From contig NC_057723.1 in the NCBI RefSeq assembly GCF_004010195.1, positions 45,254,324 through 45,318,323 on the forward strand: DNA of 64,000 nucleotides. The letters run 5' to 3'. The notes below the pieces were generated by a model that worked only from the letters and a program-made list of their open reading frames with translations, was not told where the DNA came from and searched no databases. Made by a program: the position numbers and the translations under genes. Shown here one piece after another: positions 50,930-64,000 of this stretch (positions are counted from its first letter, which is position 1; every line of letters starts with the position of its first letter). Source of the stretch: Chiloscyllium plagiosum (taxonomy: Eukaryota).

Positions 50930-51600
50930 CTTTGGTGAAAGCATAGTTACACTGGAAATGCACAACATGTTGCAGAGAGAAATAAATTTAATGTTTTAGA
51001 TCGATGACCTTTAATATCATCTGGAAAATGAAATGGATAAGATTTTAAGCAAGTAAAGTCTCAGGGGAACTGTGGGAAGAAGAATGGAAGGGAAGGTCTG
51101 AGACAGGGTGGAAGAGATGAGAGCTTGAATAGCAAAAGTACTGATGGTGCAAGTCAATGGAAGGTGGTAACAGAACAAATAAAGGATCAAAGCATGTGCC
51201 TATAAGAAGTTTTAACAGCAGCTGCCAAAACAAAATGGAAGCAGAGATTAACATTTCAAAATGCTGAATTCATTTTTAAGTTCAGAAATCTGTAATCTAC
51301 CTAATCAAATGTAAGATGGCAATCCTCAAATTTCAGTCATTAGAACAATGCTGAAGGCCATTGAAGAGAGGTCAGAGTACATATAGGAGAGAGAATTAAA
51401 ACAACAGTTGATCTAAATTCTGGATTGTGCTTATGGACTGAATGGAGGTATTTTGCAACGTGGTCCTCAATCTGCATTTGGTCACTCTAATGTAAAGGAG
51501 GCCGTAGTGGACAATGAGAACATCATATTAAGTTGAAAGAGGTACCCAGAAGGAGTGTTTGTGGCCTTGGATAGTGGGAAAGGAGAAGGTGCCATTACCA
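50930..51600 (-). mobile_element. Old Penelope-like 3' fragment
   Basis: Penelope-type terminus (CTGGAAATGCACAAC...GACCTTT) followed by GA-rich UTR and decayed GIY-YIG-like region. Confidence 0.5.
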
Positions 51601-51714
51601 AGGAAGGAAGGCTAAGAACAAGAGTGTTGTTAGGTTTGAAGAATTAGAATTAGAATTCCTACAGTGTGGAAATAGGCCCTTCAACCCAACGATTCCACAC
51701 CAACCCTCTGCAAG

Positions 51715-53180
51715 TAGGAATGAGGTGTTCTTTTTCAAGTTGGTAACCTATGACCGGCAGAGATCCACAGGGATCAGTGCTGAGACTGCAACTGTTTACA
51801 ATATTATTACATGACTTGGAGGAAGGAACTTGAATGTTCTGTAGCCAAATTTACAGACAACATTAAAATAGGCTGAAAGGCAATTCTCAAGAGTGATACA
51901 AACAGTTCACAGAGAGTTACTGATAGATTAATTAAATGGGGGAAATGTTGGCAAATTGGAGAATAATGAGGGAAAATGCAAAGTTGTTCAGTTTGGAAGA
52001 GAGAAGAAGACAACAGAAATATTATTTAAATGGAGAAAAACTGCAGAAAGCTGCAACACAAAGGGACTTAGGAATAGTTGTGTATGAAACACAGAAAGCT
52101 AGTGCACAAGTGCCGCAGATAATCAAGAAGGCGAATGAAATGTTGGCCTTTATTTCAAGGATTTTGGAGTAGAAGAGTAGTGAAGTCTTATGGAAATTGT
52201 ACAAGGTATTGGTGAGACCACATCTGGAATACTGTGAGCAGATTTGGTGTACTTTTTGAGGGAAGAGATCACTTCATTGGAGACAGTTAAGAGAAGGTTC
52301 ATGATGATGATCCTTTAATGGAGGGATTATCTTATGAGGAAAGGCTAAACAGGTAGGGACTCAACTCACTGGAGTTTAGAAGAATGAGAGGTGATCTCGC
52401 TGAAACATACCAAATTCTTAAAGGTCTTTACAGGGTAAATGCTGAAAAGATGTTTCCCCTGATGGGAGAATCTAGGGCCAGAGGGCATAGATTCAGAACA
52501 AAGGGATCGCAGTTGAAAAGTGTAGCAATGGAAAAGCACAGCAGGTCAGGCAGCATCCAAAGAGCAGGAGAATCCATGTTTCAAGCATAAGCTCATCATC
52601 AGAAATGGGGCAGATGGGTGGGAAGGTAGGTCAGGTCAAAAGGGTGGTGAGGCGTTGCAGGTTTGGATGTGGGATGAGGTGGGAAAGGGGAGATTTGGAT
52701 TTTGAACTCAATGTTGATGCCGTGTGTTAGAGCGTCCTGAGGCAGAAGATGAGGCGTTCTTCCTCCACATGGCGGGTGGCTTTGATTTGCTCATGGAGGA
52801 GCCCCAGGACTTGCATGTCCTTGGGGGAGTGTGAGGGGGAATTGAAGTGGTGGTTGGCCACAGGGTGGTGGGGTTGGTTGGTTCGTGCATCCCACAAGAA
52901 TAAAAGGATGCCAACATAAGATTGAGATGAGGAGGAATTTTTTTGCTCAAAGAGTTGTGTGTCTTTGAATCTCCTTAACTCAGAGAGCTGTGGGGCAGAT
53001 TCTTTTACTACATTTAGGGGAGAGTGAGATTGATTTTTGAATAGTTAAGGCATCACGGATTACAGGTAAAGGCAGGAAATTGAATATGAGGAATGTCAGA
53101 TGAATCATAATCGTATTGAATGATGAGCAGGCTGGAGGATCAAAACAGCCTACTCCTGTTTCTATTTCTAATGGTCTTCA
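51715..53180 (+). mobile_element. CR1 RT to 3' end
   Basis: DPQGSVL, KKANEMLAFISR, LVRPHLEYC, RMRGDLAETYQI. Confidence 0.9.
52508..52896 (-). mobile_element. Penelope fragment with GIY-YIG C-terminus inside CR1
   Basis: Minus strand PVANHHFNSPSHSPKDMQVLGLL...EEERLIFCL. TSD-like AGAACAAAGGGAT (52495-52507) / AGAATAAAAGGAT (52897-52909). Confidence 0.85.
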
Positions 53181-54056
53181 GTAAGATAGTGAAGAAATGA
53201 AAGAGATAACTCTAGAATCCTACTTTAAATTACAAACTTGAGTTTCAATGGAGTAAAACAAAATTTTAGGGCTGATATATCAGGAAGTTGTTAAACACAA
53301 AGAGAACAGTTGATATTTGAAGTGAAACACTATAGTGAGTATAAACAGCCTGGAACCATTGAAGAAACGATTAGCTGCTGCTTTATGGAATGTCTTCTTC
53401 AGAACAATGAATGACAATGAATTTATTGAGTGGGCTTCTCCACCCATGACTGGTCATTTTTGAAAACTTTTATGCAGATTCACTGCAATGATAGAAGATA
53501 CTTTTGATTATAACCCTTGATTACACAGGTGTTTTGTATTTATGGTATTGAGCTTTCTGATATCCATTCTTGTTAATGTGTTTTTCTTTTGAGAAAACAA
53601 AATATTTTCCATAATATCAAGTAACACATCTATCTTTTCTTATTCACCTTTATTAACTCTTTCATAGTTTTGTAGACCCAATCCAAACAAATTGTTTGAA
53701 ATGCTGTCCAAGTGGATTGAGTTAAGGTCAAATAAAATGGAGTTCAGAAGCAGGAAGAATCTGGGATATTGTAAATGGCTAAAAGCTTTGAATACCCCTG
53801 AGTAAAAAAGGCATTTTCAGTGAGAACCATAACATCATGAACACGAATTACACCTTGTAGCATAAGGGATCAGCTTCATAAATGACAAATGAAGATTACT
53901 TCATTCTTCTGTTGAAGCTAACAAAACTAACTGAATTAATTAGCACCTATTATGTTTGGGTCCTGATGCTCTCCTAATCTGTCGTGACTAGAAGAGTACT
54001 AACCTGGCTGATTAAGATGATTAATAGCAAAGTAGGTGAATTGTTGTGGCACTTTA

Positions 54057-54880
54057 TATTTATTCACTTGTGGGACTTGGGTGTTGCTGGCTGGCCAGCA
54101 TTGATAGCTCATCCTTATTTGCCCTTGAGAAGGTAGTGGTGAGCTGCCTTCTTAAATTGCTGCAGTCCACTTGTTGTGGGTTGACCCAGTGCTAATAGGG
54201 AGGGAATTCCAGAATTTTGGCCCAATGACTGTAAAGAAACAGCTGTATATTTCCAAGTCAGAATGATTAGTGGCTTGGAGGGATACTTGCAGGTGGTGGT
54301 GTTCCCGAGTATCTGCTGCTTCTGACTTTTAGATGGAAGAGGTCGTGGGTTTGAAAGGTGCTGTCTAAGGATCCTTGGTGAATTCTTGCAGTGCATATTG
54401 TCGATAGTACACACCCCTGCTACTGTGCGCCAGTGGTGGAGGGATTGAATGTTTGTGGATGTGGTGCCGATCAAGCAGGTTGCTTTGTCCTAGGCGGTGT
54501 CAAGTTCTTGAGTGTTGTTGGAGCTGCACTAATCCAGGCAACTGGTGAGTATTCCATCAGACTCCTGACTTGTGCCTTGTAGATTGTGGATAGAATTTGG
54601 GGTGGCAGGAGGTGACTTACTCGCTGAAGAATCCCTAGTCTCTGACCTGCTCTTGTAGCCACTGTACTTATGTGGTGAGTCCAGTTGAGTTTCTGGTCAA
54701 TGGTAACCCCAACGAATTGGCAGGGTTGGATTTGTCCTGCATCTTGTGAGCAGGAGATATCTGGGCAATTTTCCACATTGTCGGGTAGTTGCCAGTGTTG
54801 GAAACTGTACTGGAAGAGCTTGGCTAATGAAGCGGCAAGTTCTGGAACACACGTCTTCAGAACTATTGCCAGTGATGGAG
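54057..54880 (-). mobile_element. CR1/L2-clade LINE with internal deletion
   Basis: VLKTCVPELAASLAKLFQYS, GVTIDQKLNWTHHI, YKAQVRSLMEYSPVAW. Same family as 1-1895. Confidence 0.88.
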
Positions 54881-55493
54881 GGCATTTAATCAGGTTGGAT
54901 AATGGCAAGTGAGGACTCCACCACCTTCCCATCTCCATCCTGACTAGGTCTATTGGGAAGGCCCACAGATGGACTTCCTGTGACTGAGGACCATGCGTGG
55001 CTAATTCATGCCCATTTGCGTGACTTGACAGACCACTGCTAATAATATCCTGGTGTTGGACTCACCATGTGGGGAGCAAAAACAAACTCATACAGCACTT
55101 CATCATTCATAACCTCACATTACTACTCAGTTCTGGCATGTAATCTAGCAACGATCCCTGGCTTTAGATGGAAGTTGTACTGGTAATGTCTCCTCACTGG
55201 CAATGTAATTTAATATAATTGCTGGCCATCCTTATTTGGCTAGCAACACTTGGTGAGTGGATTTCCACAACTGGGATTCTTGATACTAACACTTTGGTTC
55301 TTTAGCCAGAGGTTGAATCTCAGGTAACCTCCACAAGATCCTGCCTGATGTTTTTGTGACTGCTCTATTAATTTCATGCCTTGTAGCTCACTATCAGGTG
55401 TCACTTAATCATAAACATTTAAGTAAAAATAGCCTTATTAGAATTGCCAATATCCAGCATGGTGATAAGTTGGTTAGATTTGCCTCACTTTAC

Positions 55494-55508
55494 CTCAAAG
55501 CTAGTAGA
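55494..55508 (-). CDS. Candidate 15-nt microexon
   Basis: Minus strand: tttaacatttattcccttag|TCTACTAGCTTTGAG|gtaaag. Symmetric length; could be chance. Confidence 0.2.
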
Positions 55509-56295
55509 CTAAGGGAATAAATGTTAAAGGGAATGATTGCTTTCCATTTTCTTCTTGCGATTATCATTTTCTTGTCTACAAAATGCTACCTGGCAACCGT
55601 TGGACTTTTTACAAGTTTTAGTAGAATTGTTGGTTTTTTTCCATTTGCTTTATGTTTGCTCCACACCAGTCAAAAAGGATGTAGGCTCATGCAAGCTCTT
55701 TCTTCAAAGTAGAAATTATGTAAGCTGGTGAGCAACAATAGATACGAACGCCTTTCTGTTAAGTGGTAACAGTCCAAAGAGGATCGGGAGGGGGACTTTT
55801 ATCATGGTGTAACGAACCAAACCCCTGCTCCTCCTGACCCATCAGGACACCAACTTTCAATGATGATGGCCATGATATATTTTGTTAGAATTATCAGATA
55901 ATTCTAAAGGGTCAATTTTAAACCTTGCTTCATATTGGGAATGGGGGACAGATGGTTAAAATGCCACTCCATAGTGTGTTATCAATGCATCAGTGACTGC
56001 TGCTATTTAACTGCCAGATTTCTGCAAGGCCTACTCACCACAGATATGACAAAGGCCTCAGAAGAATTAGATACAGGGATCTGCTGACATCATTCAAAAC
56101 CCAATTTTAACTGATAGCCAGAAAACAAAGAAAACAGGAATAGATGGCAATTCAGTCCTTTGATCCCAATGTATCATGAAAAACGATCATGACCAATCCT
56201 ATATTTCAAAGCTATACACCTCACCGCTCCTCAAGGAGCAGATAATTATTAGATTTTTCAAAGTGTTCTTATGGGTCTATGGAGCAGGGGTATTC

Positions 56296-56533
56296 GTGAT
56301 GGCACATTGAAATAACTCAATGGAGGCTGGTATCCCATCACTCTTTATTTACAGGTGCACATTACAACTCTGACAGCTAGCTCAGAGCCAGTCTCTAGAG
56401 TGAGGAGAATCCCTAAGACTCCTGTTTACATCTGTCAGCCAGGGCTCCCTAATCACCTCAGGTTAACAGCCCCAATCAGGAAATTCATCTAATGAGATCC
56501 ATCTAGCCAAACTCCCTCCAGTCACTGCAACCA
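56296..56533 (-). mobile_element. Probable short solo LTR
   Basis: About 235-bp higher-GC block with minus-strand AATAAA, resembling small Gypsy LTRs; termini degraded. Confidence 0.4.
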
Positions 56534-57165
56534 TGCTTACATCCCTGCCTCTTAAGCCCCTTTGGACTATTACCACTCACCAGAAAATTCACTCTCTATT
56601 GTTAATTAGAATTAACAAATCCATTATTAATCTAATTATGTTAAATTGTATGCAGGTAATGGTTATTAACAATTGATTCACTTGAATTCCTACAAGTAGA
56701 CAAGAGGAAAAATGTAGTTGTTACATACGATGGTACATGCTTGTAACGAGTAATTCCAAAAAGAATATAAAAATGCTTCAGTTCTGTCAATTACCAAATG
56801 GCTTTCTCAAATAGAATACACATCATCATTTTCGGGGCATCATGGTAGCTTGGTTATATGAAAGTTCACTTCTGAGTGCTACCAACTTGTTCATTCTAAA
56901 CAATTTGTGTGTGGTTCCAGCCTGAAAGATTGCAATGAAATCCAGGAGTTAAAATGAACCAGGCCTCATGACTGTAGAGTGCACTAATCCCCTGAGTTAA
57001 AACTTGGGCTTAACTGGTTGAAAAGCTATAAAGGCATTCTTTATGGTGTCCTGTGAGGATTGAAAATTTTGACCTTAGTGTAGTGATCAAGTTCAATTGA
57101 ATTCAATGTATTTGTTAGAGTTCCCTGCAATACAAAGTTCTATTGCCATTGTCATAGGTTTGAAG

Positions 57166-57401
57166 GATTAGATTACTTACAGATTACTTACAGTGTGGAA
57201 ATAGGCCCTTCGGCCCAACAAGTCCACACCGACCTGCCGAAGCGCAACCCATCCATACTCCTACATTTACCCCTTCCCTAACACTACGGGCAATTTAGTA
57301 TGGCCAATTCACCTGACCTGCACATCTTTGTGACTGTGGGAGGAAACCGGAGCACCTGGAGGAAACCCACGCAGACACGGGGAGAACGTGCAAACTCCAC
57401 A
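57166..57401 (-). mobile_element. HE1-type V-SINE, 5'-truncated
   Basis: Reverse complement TGTGGAGTTTGCACGTTCTCCCCGTGTCTGCGTGGGTTTCCTCC V-domain; repeated GATTACTTACA tail. Confidence 0.9.
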
Positions 57402-58384
57402 ATTACTGCAATTTTTAAAAATAAATAATTTTCAAATATGAACAACAAACAAACAGTTGCTGTATATAACTGCTCAATTAGAGATTTGAAGCATTCAGAT
57501 ACATGGACATTATCTGAAATATGTGCATTTGAAATCAATTTACATGTTTATTTGCTGTTACATTCATCCTGGTTTAATCTTCTACTTCTTATTGCTAATT
57601 CAATACAATCAGTTTAAAGAATCTGCAGCAGTCTAACAGAGAGGACCTTATTTTTTGATCATCAGTTAGTTAAATGAAAGCATGAAGACCACTGTCACAT
57701 GTTTGCGGTCCAAGTACTGATAGGTCCTTGATCCATCATCATCGACTATTCAAAGTATGCTGCTATTTATTGTATGCTGCTCTCTGCTCAAACAATGCAC
57801 TAGCATTGTCACAAACTGAAAATCCATTCTCAATTCTAATACTATGGTCACTATTACTTTCTATCCCAACTGTAGAACTGACATATAACACTTACCATTA
57901 TTTTATGGCTGGAAGCTGACTTCCATCAGGTATTGCTTTAAAAGGCCAAGACACAAATCTTTCATATGTCAGTTCCACATGCACATTCATATTTCAAATT
58001 TGCAGCATGTTTCCACTTTTAAATTTTTAATACAAGTACAATACATTCATAAGACTATGACAGGATTATCTCTTTAACATTTCAACTGCTGGCAGTTTCA
58101 TTGCATTTCCTAGACTGGACACATTTTCTGACAATTTCAGCAAAATCTACAAAATAAACCTCAAGATTAAAATAATAAAAATGCTGAAAAGTTCATTTTA
58201 TGTTGACCATATTCAAATATACATTAAGATAGAATAATAATCAAAAATTGCTGTCATTCACAATACTTTTGATCTCTTAATTTTCTTATTTTCTATTTGT
58301 CTCTTCTTTTAGTACATTAACATAATTTTAGTATATTGCTTTTCAATAAGAATAACTCATGAACAATGTAATTAGCCACTATGT

Positions 58385-58884
58385 AGATTGAATTTTCAAT
58401 CCCACTGCCTCATGCTCCTGTGTAGGCAGGGAGAGTGATTTTGGAGGTAGGAGCAGGGGACATGGAAATACTAATATCAAGTTTGCAAATGTAAAGGTGC
58501 GAACCTCAGAGTTAGCAATTATTGCCAGAGCACTGGGGGAGGTGGGCAGATACCCCACTCCTCCTAACTGAGGCCTATTAAGACCCTGGAAATTCAATAG
58601 TGCAGACTTACATTTTGAAAGGTATGGATAGACTACTCACACCTTTAGACACATATTATCTAAACTAAGGTGTGTACAGGCTATGAAGCTAATTTTGAGT
58701 TGATGAATTTATGTGCGACAAATGGATTTTCCCAACTGTGATTATCTTGTGATCTCCTACTCTATGAACCAAAACCATGGGCACATAAGTTGTGGAATAT
58801 TGAATTCTAGCCTTCTTGGTCTAGAACTAGTGTACAATTTCCTCCAGGGATTAGTGCAGAATTATCGGGTTGAAAATTTGGCCC
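58385..58884. mobile_element. Old non-autonomous Harbinger-type MITE
   Basis: Imperfect TIRs AGATTGAATTTTCAATCC / GGGTTGAAAATTTGGCCC. Confidence 0.45.
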
Positions 58885-59584
58885 AAAAAAAACATATTAT
58901 ATTGACTTGTTGCTATTTGTGATGAAGCTTTCAAATCAATTACTATTACTTGAGAACCTAAGTACTAAACGGAGGTAAATAAATAGTTTTATGATTTTTG
59001 GTACATGAGGATGGATTATGGATTTTTTTTTAGCATTTGGTCAAAACAGTATTTCCAAGAAGTCATGTAAAAGCTAAATGATCAGACCTGCTGAGGTAAT
59101 TGGTGAGGTGTTGCTAATTTAAGATTTACAATCCACAAGAGTCAGATTGAAAGGACCTACAAGCAGGTCCAGTTCAATGAAGTAAGATCCATAACATCAG
59201 AATAGTGTTCAAGTTATGGCAGTCTCTAGGCTATCAGAGCTGGAAAGAAAGTTTAAGTTGTTTTAGCAAGCCAACTAGACTGGGTGGGAAAATGCTGTAA
59301 GTTTTTTTTTAAATTCAATAACAATAGTCAGGGAGTTAGCCTATGTCAGCGTGTTACAGTAAGCAACTGTAACAGAGAGATTAGTGTCTGGTGAATGTGC
59401 AATAATTTACCAAAATAACATAACTCGTGACCTGCTCAGTTGAATAAGAAATTTTTGAATGAACAATTAGAGTTATACTTCCCTAGTGTTGGGTTCCTGC
59501 GAAGGATAATGCAGTGGAAAAGGATTGAATCTTATTTTTTCACTGTTTACGATAAGATCTTTCTAAATCATTACATAAGTGTGG

Positions 59585-59962
59585 AGTCATTCAGTTATAT
59601 AGTATGGAAATAGATCCTTCAGTCCAACCGGTCCATGCTGGCCACATATCCTAAACAGATCAAGTCCCATTTTCCAGCTTTTGACCCATATCCCTCTAAA
59701 CCCTTGCCATTCATGTACTCATCCAGATACTGTTTAAATGTTGTAATTGTAGCTGCTTCTACCATCTTCTCTAGCAGCTTGTTCCATACATGCATCACCC
59801 TCTGTGTGAAAACGTTGCCCTTCAGATCCCTTTTAAATATTTTCCCTCTCACCGTAAACCCATGCCATCTCGTTTTGGACTCTCCTACCACAGGAAAAAG
59901 AATGTGGTTATTCACCTGATCTATGCCCCTCACAATTTTATAAATCTCTATGATATCACCCC
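59585..59962 (-). mobile_element. CR1 (HER1-like) 3' fragment
   Basis: ORF 59619-59933 MRGIDQV...FTQRVMHVWNKL...FKQYLDEYM. Confidence 0.92.
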
Positions 59963-62071
59963 TTTTTTATTATTCTTCTGTGTATTAAACTTTGATATTC
60001 TTTTGTTTTAAGTACTATTTTAAATATATTCAGTGACTGACTGCCACAGTAACCAAACTTCAAAAGTTAAACTCAAACTGTCAAGCCAGGTTTCCCACTG
60101 GGGTCTGACTTGGGATCAGAACATATGTCTCAAAATGATGTATTCTTATAGTTAATAAGTAATTTGCCCATTAAATCTAACAGTCCTGATTTAGTTGAAT
60201 CATTTAGAATGAGCTTTTCTCACAACTATTAATTTTGCTCTCTTATTCTCTTTTCTGAATCTTTCTTAATATTGTTACCAACTTGGTGGGGTACAATTTT
60301 ATTGGTACAAGGCACCCTCCAATGCATTGTTCAAGTGATTATTTTTTACATTTGATTGCTGAGAGTACACTTCAGTTGGCACTGCTAATACTCTGCCATC
60401 TGGTACCAGTTTGGTACCTGAAATGAAAATTCTGTTTGCTTATTGACTCATTCTAAGATATATTTGTTTGCAGTGATTCATTGAAGGCTGCTCATAAGAG
60501 GGAAGCAAAGGCTCCACATGAAAAAGCATTAATAAGGATATTTTTCTGACATTCACCAGATCATTGATAAAGAGCAGAACTTGAGTAGTGTAAGCTCAAT
60601 CAACATTCTATGATAAGAAAATATATGTCTATTTACAATGAAAGTAATTTATGCAGTTAGACATACCAGATGCATCAGCTTCTCAATGAGAGTGAATGTC
60701 ACACCCTATCAAATACACTAGTAATATTCAGAGTGACTGGGTAATGAGAAAATCATTCCATTTCTGAACTCATGAAATACAGAGTGTTACAGATTGACTG
60801 GTTTTCCCTGAAATCTTCTCACAAACTTTGGTTTTCCCTGAAACCAAGTTGGTGATGAGATAGAAAGTGCATTGAAATATTATAATGGATTCTCACTCAT
60901 TGGCTTTGGGCTGTTTAGACTTAAAAATGATGAATACATATGTCTGATCTTAAAAGAAAAGGGATAATGACATATAAATTCATCTTAGCTGGTAGCTCAA
61001 AATAGGTTGCGGGGAACTAGGCAGAATGTAAAATAGGCAGCAGATTAGACATTGCTCATTTTGCACTGCTGGCTAACATAAATCTTTACTCAAATGTGTT
61101 AGATCGAAATCTCCCAAATATTAAAGACAAAGTCAATATTGATTCCCAGTTTAAGGTAGCTGATCAAACCAGAACAATGCCAATATGTGGATATCAAGGA
61201 AGAAAATAAGCAGGCATGGATGTTTCAAAGACCAAGCATTCGATTAATGATTTTGTAATGCTTCCATTGGACAAATGAGCAATGGGCTGCAAATTAAAAC
61301 TGGGACAAAGTTATCTAAGGATAGCCATATGTGAATGCCAGAGGGAGATAGATAGCATTTGATGTTAGGTGGAAACTAATAGACTGGGTCCTTAACGTTT
61401 AAACACCTAAGCCTTACCTTCTGCACAATGATGTTAAATCTGTGGGAGGAATTAGAATTCATTGCCTACTGGGGGCAATTTCAACAAATTAGCAAAGAAT
61501 ATACCCCAACTGTATTGGAAAGGAATAGCAAGTAAGACAATGTACAAAAAATGGGAAATATTTAAACTGAAGATGGTTAGTCAACAAAGTTTCACACAAT
61601 TACATTTACATCTGCTAGAGAAATATACTTTAAAAATTTACCAGTGATCTCAACGTAAAGGTTAACATACAAAGCTTAAAATAAATTAAAAGACAAGGTA
61701 CTTCTTTTTTTCCTCAAGTGTAAAAATGAACCATTGATTTATTGTGGATGATCATCATTTTGAAATGTGAAAGAAAGATTCTGTTTATCAGTGTGGTTGT
61801 ATCCTTGTGCTCTACTAATCTTCTTGGCAACCTGATCCATATTCTCTTGAACCCTGGACTTACAACGTGAGTATATCCCTCAACACATATCTCTGAAATG
61901 ATGACATTGAGATCAACTCTAAATGGTCGTAAATTTGAATGTATTTATTGTAAAATAGGAGATTATCTCATCCACAAAATATATATTCATCTGTTGTTCA
62001 GAAACAGGGGTCATTGTACATGCCACAACCCAAGGTATATATAGCATTCACAAACAAAATTAAATACTTAC

Positions 62072-62101
62072 AAGCTAATGAGAAGTTATGTATGACTGTA
62101 C
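62072..62101 (-). CDS. Candidate 30-nt symmetric microexon (TVIHNFSLA)
   Basis: Minus strand: ctgctcttttatag|GTACAGTCATACATAACTTCTCATTAGCTT|gtaagta. One open frame (phase 1). Confidence 0.3.
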
Positions 62102-63077
62102 CTATAAAGAGCAGATAAACTATCTGTGTGCCACACTATGCAAAAGCCTACATTTACTTTCTAGAGTAGCAAAGCCCCAGAAATGTTTGATGCTAATCTT
62201 GGGAAGTGGTCTTTCCCCACCAACTTTCTGCAGACTGATCTTGTGTCTCTACTAGAGGGAAATTAGGCACAGATTTGTCTTAAAGTTCTGAGCTCCCCCA
62301 GCTTTCATTGCCTGATGAACTGGCTACTGAAGATGCAAATGTAATCTCAGCCTATGCTCCTAGGTGTAGATTCCTGGCAGTTACTCTCCCCCTCACCAGC
62401 TGGGGTCAAATATTTAGCATTACATTAAGATAGCAGTACTAAATATGAATGTTACAGAAACTAGTTCATGACTTCATCTACATTTTCAGATGCTAGGGAT
62501 TTACTCTCCTCTGAGCTGTGAGTAGGATTCACACAGAAAAAGGCCAAAATGAGCCACTCGCCCTCACATGGGAATTTGTCTACATTATGCAAAATAACAG
62601 AAACTTGAGAAGTGTGAGGCAAAACTGCTATAGTTTTAGCAGCTGCTTTTCTATTTCTGCCTATCTTTTACTGCCAGACATAAAATCTAGGCTACAGATT
62701 TTAGAAGATGTGCAATGAAAATCTGATTTATTTCAGTCTAGAGTCAGGTAAATGTGGGCGTGAGAAACTGTTATAATGTTTCTGATATGAATCTAGGGCA
62801 ATCTTAACAGCTGGGTTTTATTTAAATAAAGCCCTCAAGGTGTCTTACACAATCAAACATGGATCAGCCATCCTGACTGGTAAGAGACGTGCATTACCTC
62901 CTCTGGGAAGGCTCATTTGTATTAAATGCTTCTCAGGCATTCACAAGTCACCAGATGTTTTATCTGGAACCAAGGACCTGGTAACGAAAATTCCAATATT
63001 GAGAGCAGTGGGCCAAGCAGAGGCTCTTTTGAATGACAGTGTCTGGTGCCATAGAGACTATCACCCACCGTCCAATG

Positions 63078-63172
63078 TCTGAAATAGAAACAGAATGTGC
63101 TGGAAAAACATAGCATGTTTGGCAGTGTCTGTAGATAGAGTCGACATTTCAAGTCTGATTCTTCAGAACTGA
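63078..63172 (-). mobile_element. Short Penelope-terminus fragment
   Basis: CTGAAATAGAAACAGAATGTGCTGGAAAAACATAGC...TTCTTCAGAACT. Confidence 0.55.
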
Positions 63173-64000
63173 GCTTCTGCTTGATCAGCTTTCCAATGTT
63201 ATATTCTATAGTCATCCTGGTTTCCTCTGGCCATTGTTTTAATTGTGGTGCTTGAATGTGGTTGGTTATGGAAGAGTGGCTTTAGCCATGTTTATGTACG
63301 GTATGCCCACAACACTCTAGTAATCTGCACAGGATTGAATACTGCAGGGACATGGTTTAAACTATTCCAGAATAACAGCTCAATAGCTGCCCTGCACAGA
63401 CCTGCAGTTTTGCTATTCTAGCCACTAGCTGATGGACTGATATTACTGCTGAGAGTAGGTCATTTACTGGTGCCTGATGGTAACATGTGCTCTTAATTAA
63501 TCTTGCCCTCCACAGGAGAAATCAAGCCACTGCTGCAAAGCCCCAAGCTCTGTCCTGATTGCTGAGATTATTGGGGAAGGTCATGTTCTGCTCCAGCCTA
63601 CTGAAGGCAGCATCAGTCACCTGCTGAACACTGTTGTAAACTGCAGGCTGTTATATGCAGTTGACGTGCCTTTAGCAGCCTGAAAGAATCCAGTGGGAGA
63701 CAAATTCATAACAGTATTGATTTGAGCAGACAATGTAGTGCCTGGCATCTCTGATTCAGCCTGTCTGTCTGTGACATCCAGCCTGAGGAAGCGCAGTGCT
63801 CCTCAGATAGGTGCACTGAAATGGGCACAACCTCCTGTGAACAACTTGCCTCCCCTGCTGTCTTCTGAGAGAACCAGTTTTGCTGGAAGCCACTGCTACT
63901 TCTGTAAATCTTGCTTCATCTGTAGTAACGATGAAATAAGGTTGTAAGACAAAAAACAAAAATGTGCAAGTTGTGGTCTGGAAGTGAGGAATTCTCCAAC

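Noticed and set aside
60799-60843. 15-bp direct repeat TGGTTTTCCCTGAAA x2
   Set aside because: Only two units; simple local duplication, not a CRISPR or other array.
61418-61439. Minus-strand 22-nt exon-like motif that would phase-link the 30-nt and 15-nt candidates
   Set aside because: Lies in what looks like a decayed CR1 endonuclease region (61300-61600); likely coincidental.

Overview
Eukaryotic, AT-rich (no prokaryotic gene structure), repeat-dense vertebrate DNA. The repeat inventory (HE1/V-SINE, Deu-domain SINE, HER1/CR1-type LINEs, Rex1/Babar LINE, Penelope-like elements, many decayed Harbinger elements) points to a cartilaginous fish (shark/ray) draft scaffold; this is inference from repeat families. 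Two N-gaps (6881-7399, 41226-41699) both fall inside young repeats. Nearly all ORFs in the track are transposon remnants or chance ORFs, and no intact host gene can be identified. The window looks like a long intron or intergenic region. A handful of short minus-strand segments with good splice signals may be (micro)exons of an unidentified host gene. The most notable structures are a four-layer nested insertion (45653-48285), a Penelope copy with an inverted terminal repeat and a fold-back junction (40491-41852), hairpin mini-Penelope elements with target-site duplications, and an unexplained 185-bp local duplication whose edge coincides with splice-like signals (43917-44869). I did not find convincing evidence of a new biological system; the candidates are listed with modest scores. 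Boundaries of old repeats are approximate.
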